A stretch of 64,000 bases of DNA, from contig CM076001.1 in assembly GCA_038087875.1 (NCBI GenBank), positions 1,550,001 through 1,614,000 of the forward strand, given 5' to 3'. Shown piece by piece: positions 47,935-61,408 of the stretch (the stretch's first letter is position 1; each line of letters begins with the position of its first letter). This stretch comes from Malacoraja senta (lineage: Eukaryota). The position numbers were made by a program, and so were the translations under genes. Below the pieces are notes generated by a model. It searched no databases. It was not told the origin of the DNA and saw only the letters and a program-made list of their open reading frames with translations.

Positions 47935-50900
47935 TTCCAACTTTCTTTCAGGGAATATAGTTGGCGTGACGGGAAGTTGGAGTCCGTGGCCCCGCAGTGC
48001 TCACCACGGCACTGTTATTCGCCGTAAAGGTCCTGCCCTGTTTGACTTCCCAAAAAAGAAAACCTCTCACATATCTTCATTAAAATCCAACAACCATTGC
48101 TAGGCACACTTGTTGAACTGATCAAGACCCTCCGGTGGCTTTAGAGAATCATCTTCGCTCTCTACGACTCCACCTACCGTGGTGTCATCTTTAAACGTTC
48201 TATCCATGCCTTCTACATTCTCATCCAAAACGTCGATAAAAAATGTCAAACAGCAATGGGCCCAGAACTGATACTTGAGGCACACAACCAGTCGCAGGCA
48301 ACCAGTCCGAAAAAAATATGTCTCGAAGGGCCAAATGGCCTGTTCCTGCACCTATTGTCTATTGTCTATTGTCTATTGTGTACCTCTGGGCTTTATCCAA
48401 CTAGTTGCCTATCAACCCCCATTCTCTCCTGTGTCCCCTTAAATATGGCCAGGCTTTACCCTAACCCTCCTCTCCTTCGACTGTTCTCCTCTCCCCCTCA
48501 CCACAATCAGTCAGAAGAACAGCCCCGAACTGAAACCACATCCATGTTCTCCAGATATTCTGCCTGACCCGTTGAGTTACTCCAGCATTCTGTGCATTAT
48601 TTTTTTGTAATGCAGCATCTGCAGTTTTCTCAGTTTCCCAACAATAATTTTATAGTGTTATTCCGATAGTCAAGGCCAATGTAGATGATAAATTGGTACG
48701 AATATGGATACAAACTGAAGAACGTACCATTTAGTATGTTCAAACGGATATACATGCTGTTCCTGGAGCTCGGGGGATCCAGTGATACGTGGAAGAAGGG
48801 GGATATCGGCCGTGATCAAATAGAAATGCGGACCAGCCTGACGTGCCGAAAGTCCCAGAATGCTCAGGTTACCGACGTTTTGGGGAAACTGATCGGAAAA
48901 ACATTATTCATACCTGAAGAGTCTAGAGACCGAAGAAGGGTCTCGACTCGAAACGTCACCCATTCCTTCTCCCCGGAGATGCTGCCTGGCCCGCCGAGTT
49001 ATTCCAGCATATTGTGTCTACCTTCGATTTACATCAGCATTTGCAGTTATTTCCTACACGTAATATTAAAGCAGTTGTGCTTTGTAACGTGGAAATCGAG
49101 AAATGTCCTGGGAAATGCGAGTGAAAGATTGTGAGAAGGTTTGGGCAACACATCTGATGAGGGCTGTGCTGGCCCTGGAGAGGGAGGGGAGGAATGGGTG
49201 AACATATAATCAGCGGTTAACGGCACGGGTCTGTACTCGCTGGAGGTTAGAGGGATTGCCTTGGATCGACGCTCCAACCGCGGCCTGCAGACTTTAATAT
49301 CAAGGACTCGCAGTCTCTGGAGAGACCGAGTCAGGAAGCTCCGGAAGCCGCACAACGTTCGACAAACCTAGACCCGAGGTCAGAGCGCCGGCGCGGGGTA
49401 CCTGAGATTCCCCACCGATGCAGGAGCTGATCGGCCCGACGAGGAAGGCCCGCCGCCAGCTATAGGAGTAAGATCTTCCCATCAACGGTTAGAGGCCCCC
49501 GACCGCTGGAGGACAAAGAAGAGAAGAGATTTAACTTTTGGTTTTACCTTCATTACAATGAGGAATGTGGAAGTGTCACTGTGATGGATGTTGATGTTAA
49601 AATGTATTTGGTTTGTTGTGTTGCTTTTTATATTATTTGTATGACTGACTTGGCAAATGAAATTCCTGGCATGTTGCAAACAATACTTCGCTAATAAAGT
49701 ATAATTTTATTGTATTGTATTGAATGCCGGAGTAGATTTGATAGGCCGAATGGCCTAATACTGCTCCTATCACCTATGGTCTTCTGATTTTATGAGCGCA
49801 TGGAGTGGAAATAATAATGTTATTTTAAAACAATAGCTTTTCATAGACGCCCTATCAAATAGAAAAATATAAAGTATTGCTTCTCAAGATCATCAGCTGC
49901 AATTTAATGTAAGAAGGAGCCCAAACGAGAGCGATTAGTCAACAACACACGCGACAGAAGTCCCGTTTGCGCAGAATCGTTAAGTGATGTCCGCAGACAC
50001 TGACTGCGTTGTCTCCCAAGTCTTTTAGATCGCTCCAGGAATATTGTGTGCAATTTTGGTCTCCTAAGTTGAGGAAGGACATTATTGCTATTGAGGGAGT
50101 GCAGCGTAGGTTCACTAGGTTAATTCCCGAGATGGCGGGACTGACGTACGAAGAAAGACTGGATAGACTCGGCTTGTACTCGCTGGAATTTAGAAGACTG
50201 AGGGGGGATCTTATAGAAACTTACAAAATTCTTAAGGGGTTGGACAGGCTAGATGCAGGAAGATTGTTCCCGATGTTGCGGGAGTCCAGAACAAGGGGTC
50301 ACAGTTTAAGGATAAAGGGGAAATCTTTTAGGACTGAGATGAGAAAAACATTTTTTACACAGGGAGTGGTGAATCTCTAGAATTCTCTGCCACAGAATGT
50401 AGTTGAGGCCAGTTCATTGGCTATATTTAAGAGGGAGTTAGATGTGGCCATCGTGGCTAAAGGGATCAGGGGGGTATGGAGAGAAAGCAGGTACAGGATA
50501 CTGAGTTGGATGATCAGCCATGATCATATTGAATGGCGGTGCACGCTCGAAGGGCCGAATGGCCTACTCCTGCACCTATTTTCTCTCTCTATGTCTATGT
50601 CTAGAATGGGTCGACTGGGCTTCTATTCGCTGGAATTTTGAAGGATGAGAGCGTATCTAATAGAAACATATAAAATTAAAGACAACAGAAAAAGACAATA
50701 GGTGCAGGAGTAGGCCATTCGACCCTTGGAGCCAGCACCGCCATTCAATGTGATCATGGCTGATTATCCCCAATCAGTACCCCGTTCATGCCTTCTCCCC
50801 ATATCCCCTGACTCCGCTATCCAGAGAACCGGCCTCCATCGCCCTCTGAGGCAGAGAATTCCACAGACTCACAACTCTCTGTGAGAAAAAGTGTTTCCTC

Positions 50901-51833
50901 ATCTCCGTTCTAAATAGCTTACCCCTTATTCTTAAACTGTGGCCCCTGGTTCTGGACTCCCCCAACATCGGGACATGTTTCCTGGCTCTAGACTGTCCAA
51001 ACCCTTAATAATCTTATATTTTTCAATAGGATCCCCTCTCATCATTCTGAACTCCTGAGTATACAAGCCCAGCCGCTCCATTCTCTCAGCATATGACATG
51101 ATCATGTTGAATGGTGGTGCTGGCTCGAAGGACAGAATGGCCTAGTCCTGCACCAGTTTTAGTATGTTTCTATGTTTCTACCTCTACCTGTTGCCGCTGT
51201 GGTGTAGCAGGGCGACGATGCGGTGCGCCACTCCGAACAGCAGCAGTTGTTGAAGTTCTTGAGACACCTCTTCGTTGCCATTAAACAAAGGCCGGACGCG
51301 TGCGCCAGATTCATGCACAGAGATGAAAGACTACGTGGTGATAAAGCACAGGCTATTTCCCATGACTGTCGTGTGTCGTCGTGCTGGGATGTCCTTGTTT
51401 AATCCGTTGGCTGAGAAAACACAAGAAAATACTTTGATACTCTTTCTCCCCTCCCTTTCACGGCAGTCTTCCAATGGGCTTAAGAGGGAACTGCAGATGC
51501 TGGAAAATCGAAGGTACACACAAATGCTGTAGAAACTCTGAAGAAGGGTTTCGGCCCGAAACGTTGCCTAGCTCCTTCGCTCCATAGATGCTGCTGCACC
51601 CGCTGAGTTTCTCCAGTGTGTACCTTCCAGTCTTCCAATGGGGTTCAGTTATAAGATTGTCGCCTGTATAAGACGGAGAATATTTGATGAAGGTAACTTA
51701 CATCGGCCAGCTGTTCGAGGTTGAGTTTTGTCGCAGTCAGAGATTGAAACTACAAAGTTTTAATTTGAACCCCGGGAACGAATTGCTTTGTTGCTATTTC
51801 ATTGTTTACGTATTTCCTTACTAGTAGTTGAGT

Positions 51834-51847
51834 GCGCCATCTGGCGG
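51834..51847 (-). promoter_or_regulatory. CTCF-type core motif (duplicate copy)
   Basis: Identical CCGCCAGATGGCGC in the segmental duplicate. Confidence 0.55.
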
Positions 51848-54800
51848 CACCGTGCAAAATAGCTTGCGGTGGGTTTTTGTGCGGGTCCGCCGTGTTTCTT
51901 CTGCAACGTGCAGTCCATTGCACAAAGATAGGTGGCGGAGTCGGTAATCACGGACGCGCGAATGATTAACTGGGTGGTCTTTGAGCCTTATTGTACGTAG
52001 AAGAGAATCGGTCGGTGAGATCACCATTTCTCTTTAGTATCCATGCCGTAATCCGAAACAGGAGCCCTGGCGGCTGCTCACGTCGCTGCCTGTACCAATA
52101 AGCATTCTGGATTGTCCCTGCCTTTCACAGATTACAACTCTTAAATACTTCTGTCTCTAACCTATTTTAATGTCTGGACTTTGTTCCAACCATCTGGCTA
52201 TGAAGCACCCCCTCACCATTGTCCACCTATTATGTGTCCCGCATTATCCTGCCTCTCCTCTCTCCCAGCGCCGCCACCCCTCCCTACCATCAGTCGGAAG
52301 AAGCGAAAACAGTCTTCGTCCGTAAGACTGAAAACGGTTCCAAATTGACTTAATTTCTACAAATATATTAGAGGAATCAGCGTGGATCGCCGAAACATTG
52401 AGGCACATGCACATACAGAGAATACTTAAATATGCAGGATTTCAACCATTAGGGGAATTCAAGTGGGAGAAGTTCCGTTCCCTATAAGACAGCAAGCGGC
52501 AGAGATCATCCACACTATAAGATTTTTGCCCGAGTGGTCAAGGAGGGGACATTTCCTCCTGTGGTATATATGTCCTGTGTCATGAAACACATGGCTACGT
52601 CTTCGCAAAGTAACCCACAGGTGAGTTAGTCAGAATCCTCTTCATGTGGAATATCATGAGAATCTGTTCCTCCCTCGCAGGCGGTGTGGTGTAGGCAAAT
52701 GACAGGCGTTTATAGACAAAACTTGAATCAGGACAGCGAACGCAATTGGGGAAAGATGACAAGGTAAAGCGTACGGAAGTTTATGTGAGACTCGAACAGA
52801 CAAAATCCCACTATGTGCTGTGAACGTTCATTGTACATTCAAGTGGAGATTTACCCTCGCTATCACGTCGTCTATGTTTCCTTTTAAAACGAAAACTACA
52901 CTTTTGCCACCCATGTTCCGGGTCTGAGCAATGCCGATTTCGCGACAGCGGTAATCCGCTCTCACCGGACAGAAAGGATGGAGGACACTTTAACCTGCAC
53001 CTACACCAGCTTGTTGAATGTCCGCACAGATCATACCGTCTCTCTGACCACGCCATGAACGGCGAGATGGGGCAGCCGATGAAGAGGAGGGGAGACCGCT
53101 GATTTCATCTCATTCTTCAGAACGTGGGCCGTATAGCGCTTCTTGGTGCTAATTCTTCCAGAGTATGGAAAATGGATACCTGGTGTTCTGCGCTGGAGTG
53201 AGATTTCGAATTACAGCGGGGAATTACTGTTAATTAGAAGCAGTGTATAACGTGTCACGCGTGGAAGCATCTTCTAATCAAAGACGTTTTAGCGACAAGG
53301 CGTCTGGTGTCGTTCATGTTGTCTTTCATAATGGAAGACACAAGGATCGTGTCTGAATGCAGGAGAGTCACGGGGTGGAAGTTAGTGTAGTGTCTATTAC
53401 TCTGGAGAAGGGATGCTGAACGGGCTGAAGGTGCGTAAGCCACCTGGACCTGATGGACTGCACCCGGGTGTTCTGAAAGGGGTGGCTTTTGAGATTTTGC
53501 AGGCATTCACATTGATATTTCAAGAATCACTGGAGACAGGAGATACGTAGTACTTAGAAGTTCACGATAAATAGGTCGAAGTCAGCATGGCTTTGTGAAG
53601 GGGAGGTCTTGCTTTAAAAAAATTCTGTGATCCTTTCAAGAGGTAAATACTCAAGGCAACGGTGGTCAGTAGATGTTGTTAACTCAGATTTCTGGAAATA
53701 CTTTGATAATGGGCAACACGTGAGGAGACTAAGGACGATGAAACACCACGGTATCAAAGGGCAGATACTAACAAGCATAGATAGCAGGTTGGCTGGATGG
53801 CAGAAGACAAAGCGTGGCACTAAAGGGGGCTTTTTCTGGTTGGCTGCCAGTGACTAGTGGAGTTCCGCATGGGTCCGTTCTGGGATCGTCACTCATATTT
53901 TGCATATTAATGGTTTGCATGAGCGGATTGCAGGCTGTGTGGCCAAGTTCGCGAATGATACGAATATAGGTGGGGGGTCAGGTGCTGTGGAGAGGGCGGG
54001 GACTCTTCAGAAGGACTTGGACAGGTTGGGTGAGTGGCAGAAAGATGGAAGATGGAATAAAGTGCAGCAAAGTGTGGAGTCTTGCATTTTGTCAGTAGGA
54101 ATAAAGGCGTAGAATCTGTTTTTTTAAACAGGTAGATAATCCAGAAATCGGAGATGAAAATGGACTTGGGAGTGCTGATGCAGGATTCCCAAAAAGTTAA
54201 TCTGCAAGTCGAATCGTTACTGAAGAAAGCAAATTCAATGCCTGCATCTATTTCAAGAGGGTTTGTATCCAAACCAGGCTTGTAATGCTGAGTCTCTATA
54301 AGGCGCCGCGATGGCCGCATTTGGAATATTGTGAGCAATTGTGGCGACAATATCTGAGGATGGATGTGTTGGGTCTGGAGAGGGTCCAAAGGAAGTTTAC
54401 CAGAATGATCCCAATAAATAGCAGGTTAACCTACGAGGAGCGTTTGTCGGCACTGGGCCTGTGCTCACTGGAGTTTACAACAATGAGGGGGGGACCTAAT
54501 TGAAACATACAGAATAGTGAAAGGCTTGGATAGGGTGGATGAGGATGAGGATGTTGCTACGAGTGGGAAAGTCTCGGAATGTAAGTCATTGCCTCAGAGT
54601 TAAAGGACGTTCTTTTCGGACTGAGACGATGAAAAATGTCTTTAGTCAGAGGGTGGCGAATAGTAACATAGAAATATAGAAACATAGAAAATAGGTGCTC
54701 AAGGAGGCTATTCGCCCCTTCGAGCCAGGACCGCCATTCATTGTGATCATTGCTGATCGTCCCCAATCAATAACCCGTGCCTGCCTTCTCCCCATATCCC

Positions 54801-55996
54801 TTGATTCCACTAGCCCCTGGATCTCTATCTAACTCTCTCTTAAATCCATCCAGTGATTTGGCCTCCACTGCTGTCTGTGGCAGGGAATCCACAAATTCAC
54901 AACTCTCAGGGTGAAAATGTTTTTTCTCACCTCAGTCTTAAATTACCTCGCCTCCATTCTAAAACTGTGGCCCCTGGTTCTGGACTCGCCGAGCAATGAG
55001 AATGTTTTTCCTGCATCTAGCTTGTCCAGTCCTTTTATAATTTTATATATTTCGATAAGACATCCCTTCATCCTTCTAAACTCCAGTCAATACAAGCCCG
55101 GTCTTTTCAATCTCTTCTCATATGACAGTCTCGCCATCCCAGGAATCAATCTCGGGAGCTACGCTGCACTGCCTCAATCACCAGGATGTCCTTCCTCAAA
55201 TTAGGATACCAAAACTGTAGACAATACTCCAGATGTGGTCTCACCAGAGCCCTATACAACTACAGAAGAACCTCTTTACTCCTATTCTGAAATCCTCTTG
55301 TTATGATGGCCAACATTCCATCAGCTTTATTCACTGCCTGCTGTACCTGCACGCCAACTTTCAGTGACTGGTGTACAAGGACACCCATGTCTCGCTGCAC
55401 CGCCCACTTACCTAAGCTAGCCCCATTGAGATAATAATCTGCCCCTTTCTTTTTGCCGCCAAAGTGGATAACCTCACATTTATCTATATTGTACTGCATT
55501 CTGCCACGCATCTGCCCACTCACTCAACCTGTCCAGCTCACCCTGCAACCTCCTAACATCCCCTTCACAGTTCACACTGTCACCCAGCTTGTGTCAATCG
55601 CAAACATGCGGTGTTGCTCCTATTTCCCTCTTCCAAATCATTAATATATATGATAAACAGTTACGGCCCGAACACCGAGCATTTCGGCACTCCGCTCCCC
55701 ACCGGCTGCCATTCTGAAAAGGACCCGTTCACTCCTACTCTTTGCTTCCAGTCTGCCAACCAATTTTCTATCCATGTCAACACCCCAACCCCAATACCAT
55801 GTGCTCTAATTTTACTCACCAGTGCGGGACCTTATCAAAGGCTTTCTGAAAGTCCATATACACTACATCCACTGGCTCCCCTTCATCCATTTAACTTGTC
55901 ACATCCTAAAATAATAGCCAAGCATGATTTCCCTTTCATAAATCCATGTTGACTTGGACTAATTAATGTACTGCTATCCAAATGCCCCATTATTAA

Positions 55997-57220
55997 CTTT
56001 TTAATCCGCTTCACCACCAACTTCCATCCGGCACTCAAATACACCCGGACCATTTCCGACACTTCCCTACCATTCCTTGACCTCACTATCTCCATCGCAG
56101 GTGATAGACTCCTTACCGACATCCACTACAAACCTACCGACTCCCATGGCTATCTGGACTACACTTCTTCCCACCCTGCTTCCTGTAAGGACTCCATCCC
56201 CCACTCCCAATTCCTCCGTCTACGCCGCATCTGCTCCCAGGATGAGGCGTTCCACAGCAGGGCATCTGAAATGTCCTCATTCTTCAGGGAACGGGGGTTC
56301 CCCTCCTCCACCATAGATGAGGCTCGCACCAGGGTCTCTGCCATACCCCGCAATACTGCTCTCTCTCCACATCCCCCCACTCACAACAAGGGCAGAGTCC
56401 CCCTAGTCCTCACCTTTCACCCCACCAGCCGTCACATACAACAAGTGATCCTCCGTCAATTTCGCCACCTCCAACGTGACCCCACCACTCGCCACATCTT
56501 CCCATCTCCCCCCATGTCTGCCTTCCGCAAAGACCGCTCCCTCCGTAACTCCCTTGTCAATTCTTCCCTTCCCTCCCATACCACCCCCTCCCCTGATACT
56601 TTCCCTTGCAACCGCAAGAGATGCAACACTTGTCCCTTCACCTCCCCCCTCTACTCCATTCAAGGACCCAAGCAGTCGTTCCAGGTGCGACAGAGGTTCA
56701 CCTGCCTCTCCTCCAACCTCATCTATTGCATCCGCTGCTCTAGATGCCAGCTGATCTACATCGGTGAGACCAAGCGGAGGCTTGGCGATCGTTTCGCCGA
56801 ACACCTCCGGTCGGTCCGCAATAACCAACCTGACCTCCCGGTGGCTCAGCACTTCAACTCCCCATCCCATTCCGTATCTGACCTCTCTGTCCTGGGTCTC
56901 CTCCATGGCCACAGCGAGCAACACCGTAAATTGGAGGAAATGCACCTCATATTCCGCTTGGGCAGTCTACATCCTGGGGGCTTGAACATTGAATTCTCCC
57001 AATTCTGCTAGCCCTTGCTTTCCCCTCCCCTTCATCAGCCATCTGGTTGTCTCCTCCCCTCCTCCAGCCCTCGGGCTCCTCCTCCGCCTTTTTCCTTTTT
57101 TCCTTTCTTCGCCCCACCCCCTATCAGTCTGAAGAAGGGTTTCGGCCCGAAACGTTACCTATTTCCTTCGCTCCATAGATGCTGCTGCACCCGCTGAGTT
57201 TCTCCAGCATTTTTGTGTAC
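55997..57220 (+). mobile_element. Duplicate Penelope-like fragment; frame open ~56000-57011
   Basis: ORF 56271-57011 carries the GIY-YIG domain (LIYCIRC...YIGETKRRL..RF.EH). The frame continues without stops upstream of the ATG at 56271. Confidence 0.88.
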
Positions 57221-59095
57221 CATTAACTTTGTAATACTTCACTGCAGCATCTTTCCCACCACCGAAGTCAGGCTAACTGGTCTCTAATTTCCCGGTTTTT
57301 TCTCTCGCTCCGTTCTTGAAAAGTGGGATAACATTAGCTCTACTCCAATCCACAGGAACTGATCCTCGATCTATTGAACATTGGAAAATGATCACCAAGC
57401 GTCCACTATTTCTAGAGCCACCTCCCTGAGGACCTTGGGATTATCATCCTTTAGTCCCATTAGCCTACCCAATACTATTTCTCGCCTAATGAACATTTCT
57501 TTCAGTACCTCTACCCCCTTCGATCCTCAGCCCTCCAGTACATCTGGGAGGTTGTTTGTGTCTTCCTTAGTTAAGACAGATCCGAAGTACCTGTTGAACT
57601 CTTCTTCCATTTCCTTGTTACCCATAATAATTTTACCGGTGTCTGCCTTCAAGGAACCCACATTTGACTTTGCTACTCTATTTCCCTTAACATATCTAAA
57701 TAAGCTTTTACTCTCCTTCCTTCTATTCCTGTCCAGGTTCCCCTCGTACTTCATCTTTTCGGCCCGTATTGCACGTTTTGTTTCCTTCTGTTGTCCTATG
57801 AACGTTTCCCAATCCTCTGGCTTCCGGCTACTCTTTGCTGTGTTATACATTTTTTCTTTTAGTTTTATTCTATCACTAACTTCTCTTGTTACCCACGGTT
57901 GCCTCCTACTCCCCTTAGAATCTTTCTTCCTTTTTGGAATGAAATGATCCTGCGTCTTCCGGCCATTGCAGTTCCACCGTCATTCCTGCTAGGACCGCTT
58001 TATAGTTTGCCTTGGCCAGCTCAATAGACAATAGACTATATTGAAAGAAAATAGCAGACAATATTGGTATTGGGGTTAACGTGTTGACATGGATAGAAAA
58101 TTGGTTGGCAGTCAGGAAGCAAAGAGTAGGAGTGAAGGGATCCTTTTCAGAATAGCTCCTCTCTCATGTTCCTCTTTCATGCCTTCATAGTCCCCTTTGT
58201 TCAACTGATGCCGTCATAGTCCTCTATGTTCAATCTGTGGAATACTTTGCCACAAAGGCTGTGGGGGCTAATTCGGTGGATATTTTTTCACGTAGAGATC
58301 GATAGATTATTGATTAGTACAGGCGTCAGTCGTTATGGGCAGAAAGCAGGAGAATGGGGTAGGAGGGGGGGATAGATAATTCATGATTGAATGGCGGATG
58401 AGACTTAATGGGCAGAATGGCCTCATTTTACTCCGAACCCTTGTGACCTTATGACCACCCGTGTCCGTATCAATCTTTCCAACTTCTGCCTGCTAACCCT
58501 GGGACGGAGCAGACGAACCACGCTGCCACAATAATTAATTTACATGTTCGTGTTTTATTAATCCTTGATAAACTCTACTGTTCTTCTCTCTTTTATTGCT
58601 CTTTCGTCCCATTAGCCACTTTTCTGAGAAAACTGCCGCTAGGTGCCCAGTGGATATGCTCAGGTGCCGATACCGCGTTACACTCTGGCTCTGCTGTCGC
58701 CGTCTGGAAACTCAAGTTGCACAGGTACAAGCCAGAAATGACAGCTTTCCTTGTCCCGTCATCGGATGTAAGGTTCAAGGAAATAAACCGCTGCTCAGAA
58801 CATTCGTGAGCAACTTCACTGCGCGTGCGTTAGTTTGGATTTTTTTAAATTCATGCTTCACTGCCTGCTGTTGGAAATGTGTGGAGCGGTCGCCCACGTG
58901 ATTGTGATTTCTGAATATTACATTGAAAAACAGTACCTGTTTGTTCCAAACTCTGTAAGTAATGTCCGCAGGGATATTATCTAATTGCATATTTTCTCCG
59001 TTATTTACTTTATAAATGTGCCAGAGATTGGTTTGTTTCGCTGTCAATCGCTGAGTGGCAGCACCAGGAGTGATCGCCTGGACCGTCGAATTAAA

Positions 59096-61408
59096 ATGTA
59101 TTATAGTCTGATCCTGTATATAGAATCTGTATATTACCCGATTCTTGCAGCAATCGGTATACCCGGTAGGTAATTGTCGGCACATCACATTGAACTAACA
59201 AAGACTGTTTGAAAAGTGCAGAGGAATAATGATTAAGAGAACATACGGAATAATCCGGCAGGGTTGAGGGCTGCACGAAGGCGCAGCGGCAGATGGTGCA
59301 AGGCTCGCTCCCCACTACGGTTGCTTGTCTTTCCAGAATTTGTACGTTCGCCTCGTGACCAGCGTCGGTTTTCTCTAACTCTCCAAGACAGACAGGTTTG
59401 AAGGGTAATTGATTTGGTATATATTTTGTTTAAGTCACTAGTTTGTGTCGAACATTGTTAGTTTGCGGGGATCGCTGGTCGGCGCGGACTCGATGGACCG
59501 GAGAACACGCTTCGAGGCTGTACATCTAAACAAAACTCATATTAGCTAATGTACATCTTAGGAGAGAGGAAACGCGTTGGCTTCTTTGGTCGCTCATAGA
59601 CTCTGGTACAAGCTTAGCCTCCACGGACTTTGGCTACAACCGATGCCCCGCACCTGCATTGTTGGTAGGGCAAGCCACACGTCGTCGTCGCTGTGTGTGA
59701 GACTACCTGTTCCGCAGTGCGTAGTGCACCCGATAGAAAGAAAAAAAACATCCCGTCCAGTAATTCGGCACAGCATTTTCTGTAAAGCTCTTAACATTTC
59801 ACCGGGATAATTTCGCAGGGACAGATTTCAAGATCGTATGAACACTTACTCAACAAAAAACGTCAGTGTGAACAACCAGACATGTCCCCCCTCGGTTGGG
59901 AGGCAATTTTAAGATAGATTTTTTGAAGTACAGATAACAGAGACTGTCGCTGCAGCGATCATGCCGGGATAACAAAGTACTGGGTAACTCAGCGGGTCTT
60001 GTAGCATCTCTGGAAGACAGACGTAGGCGACGTATCGGGTCGGGATCCTTGCTCCGATCGGAGAATGAAGAAAGGGCCCCAGATGAAACGTCGCCTATCC
60101 ATGTCATCCAGAGATGCTACTTGAAGCCACTGAGATACTTCAGCAGTTGTTCTTGTCAGGTATAGCACGGAGGCCCGCCCGCTATATCAGCAGAAAATAC
60201 TGCTCGTTACATTGTTACTTTTGTTTGTCGCTGGAGGATGTATGTAATTATAATTGCAGTGCTTCACGGAATCCCATTCCTTGACATCATGTTCTCAAAT
60301 GTAGGCAAAATGCTGGCGAAACTCAGCGGGTGAGGCAGCATCTATGGAGCGAAGGAATAGGGAAAGTTTCGGGTCGAAATCCTTCTTCAAGCGAAGGAAT
60401 AGGCAACATTTCGTCCCCAATATGCGCACGTTTAAATTACCCTCACCCACCAACCGATAACCCCACACAATTAACCAGTTTATGTTTTCATTCCTTCCCA
60501 GTGAATCTGATGGCGATTGTGATCTTGTCCCGTGGCAAGTGCGGCCTCTCCAAGTGCATCACTCGTTACATGGTAGCCATGGCGACTGCGGACCTCTCTG
60601 TGCTTCTCATTGACGTGATATTTCATCGGATTGCTGATATATATTTATGGCATGCTTCATTGCCCTACACTCCTGTGTGCAAAATAATACTGTTCCTGGC
60701 ACCCGTGGCGGTGGATTGTTCTGTATGGTTCACAGTCGCTTTCACATTTGATCGCTTTGTTGCGATTTCTACTCAGAATATGAAAGCCAAGTATTGCACC
60801 GAGAGAACCGCGTCGATTGTTATCCTGACAGTGACCCCACTCATCTGCCTTCAGAACCTACCTTTGCCCTTCGCATACGTTCCTTATTTCCCAATTGAAC
60901 GGAATCTGGGCTGCGTCAAAGACGTCTATTTTTATATGCGTCGCGAATGGATGGTGTTCTCTTGGTCCGAACAGCTGTTCACCCCGACGATTCCATTCTG
61001 CCTGATTTTGTTGCTGAACGCGCTCACCATCAGGCGCATTTTCGTGGCCAGTCGGGTCCGCAGGTACCTCCGAGACCGCAGCGGTGGGAAAAAAAGAAAG
61101 ACCAGGAGATGGTGAACCGCAGACGGTCGGTCGTTTTACTTCTGGCAATCTCGAGCTGCTTCATCCTGCTCTGGGCGACAAGTGTCGCACATTTTATTGC
61201 GGTTCGAAGTTTGCATTTGGTTAAACGCAGGTCCTGGACAAACCCTATGGTAGGATTGGAAAAGGTTGGATTCCTGCTTCAGCTGCTGAGCTCCTGCACC
61301 AACACGGCCATTTACACCGTGACACAGAGCAAGTTCAGAGAGGAGTTGCTCCGTGTGCTAACATATCCATTCCGTTGCACTGGAAAGATGTTTAAATCGG
61401 TAAAGTGA
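59096..61408 (+). pseudogene. Second copy of the GPR139-like GPCR (exons 59096-59165, 60502-61408) with a -1 frameshift
   Basis: Near-identical to 30436-32753. At ~61089-61095 ggtggg-aaaaaaa-gaaagac replaces ggtggg-gagaaaaa-gaaagac (1 nt shorter), splitting the frame into ORFs 60330-61115 and 60947-61408. The frameshift could be a homopolymer error. Confidence 0.75.
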
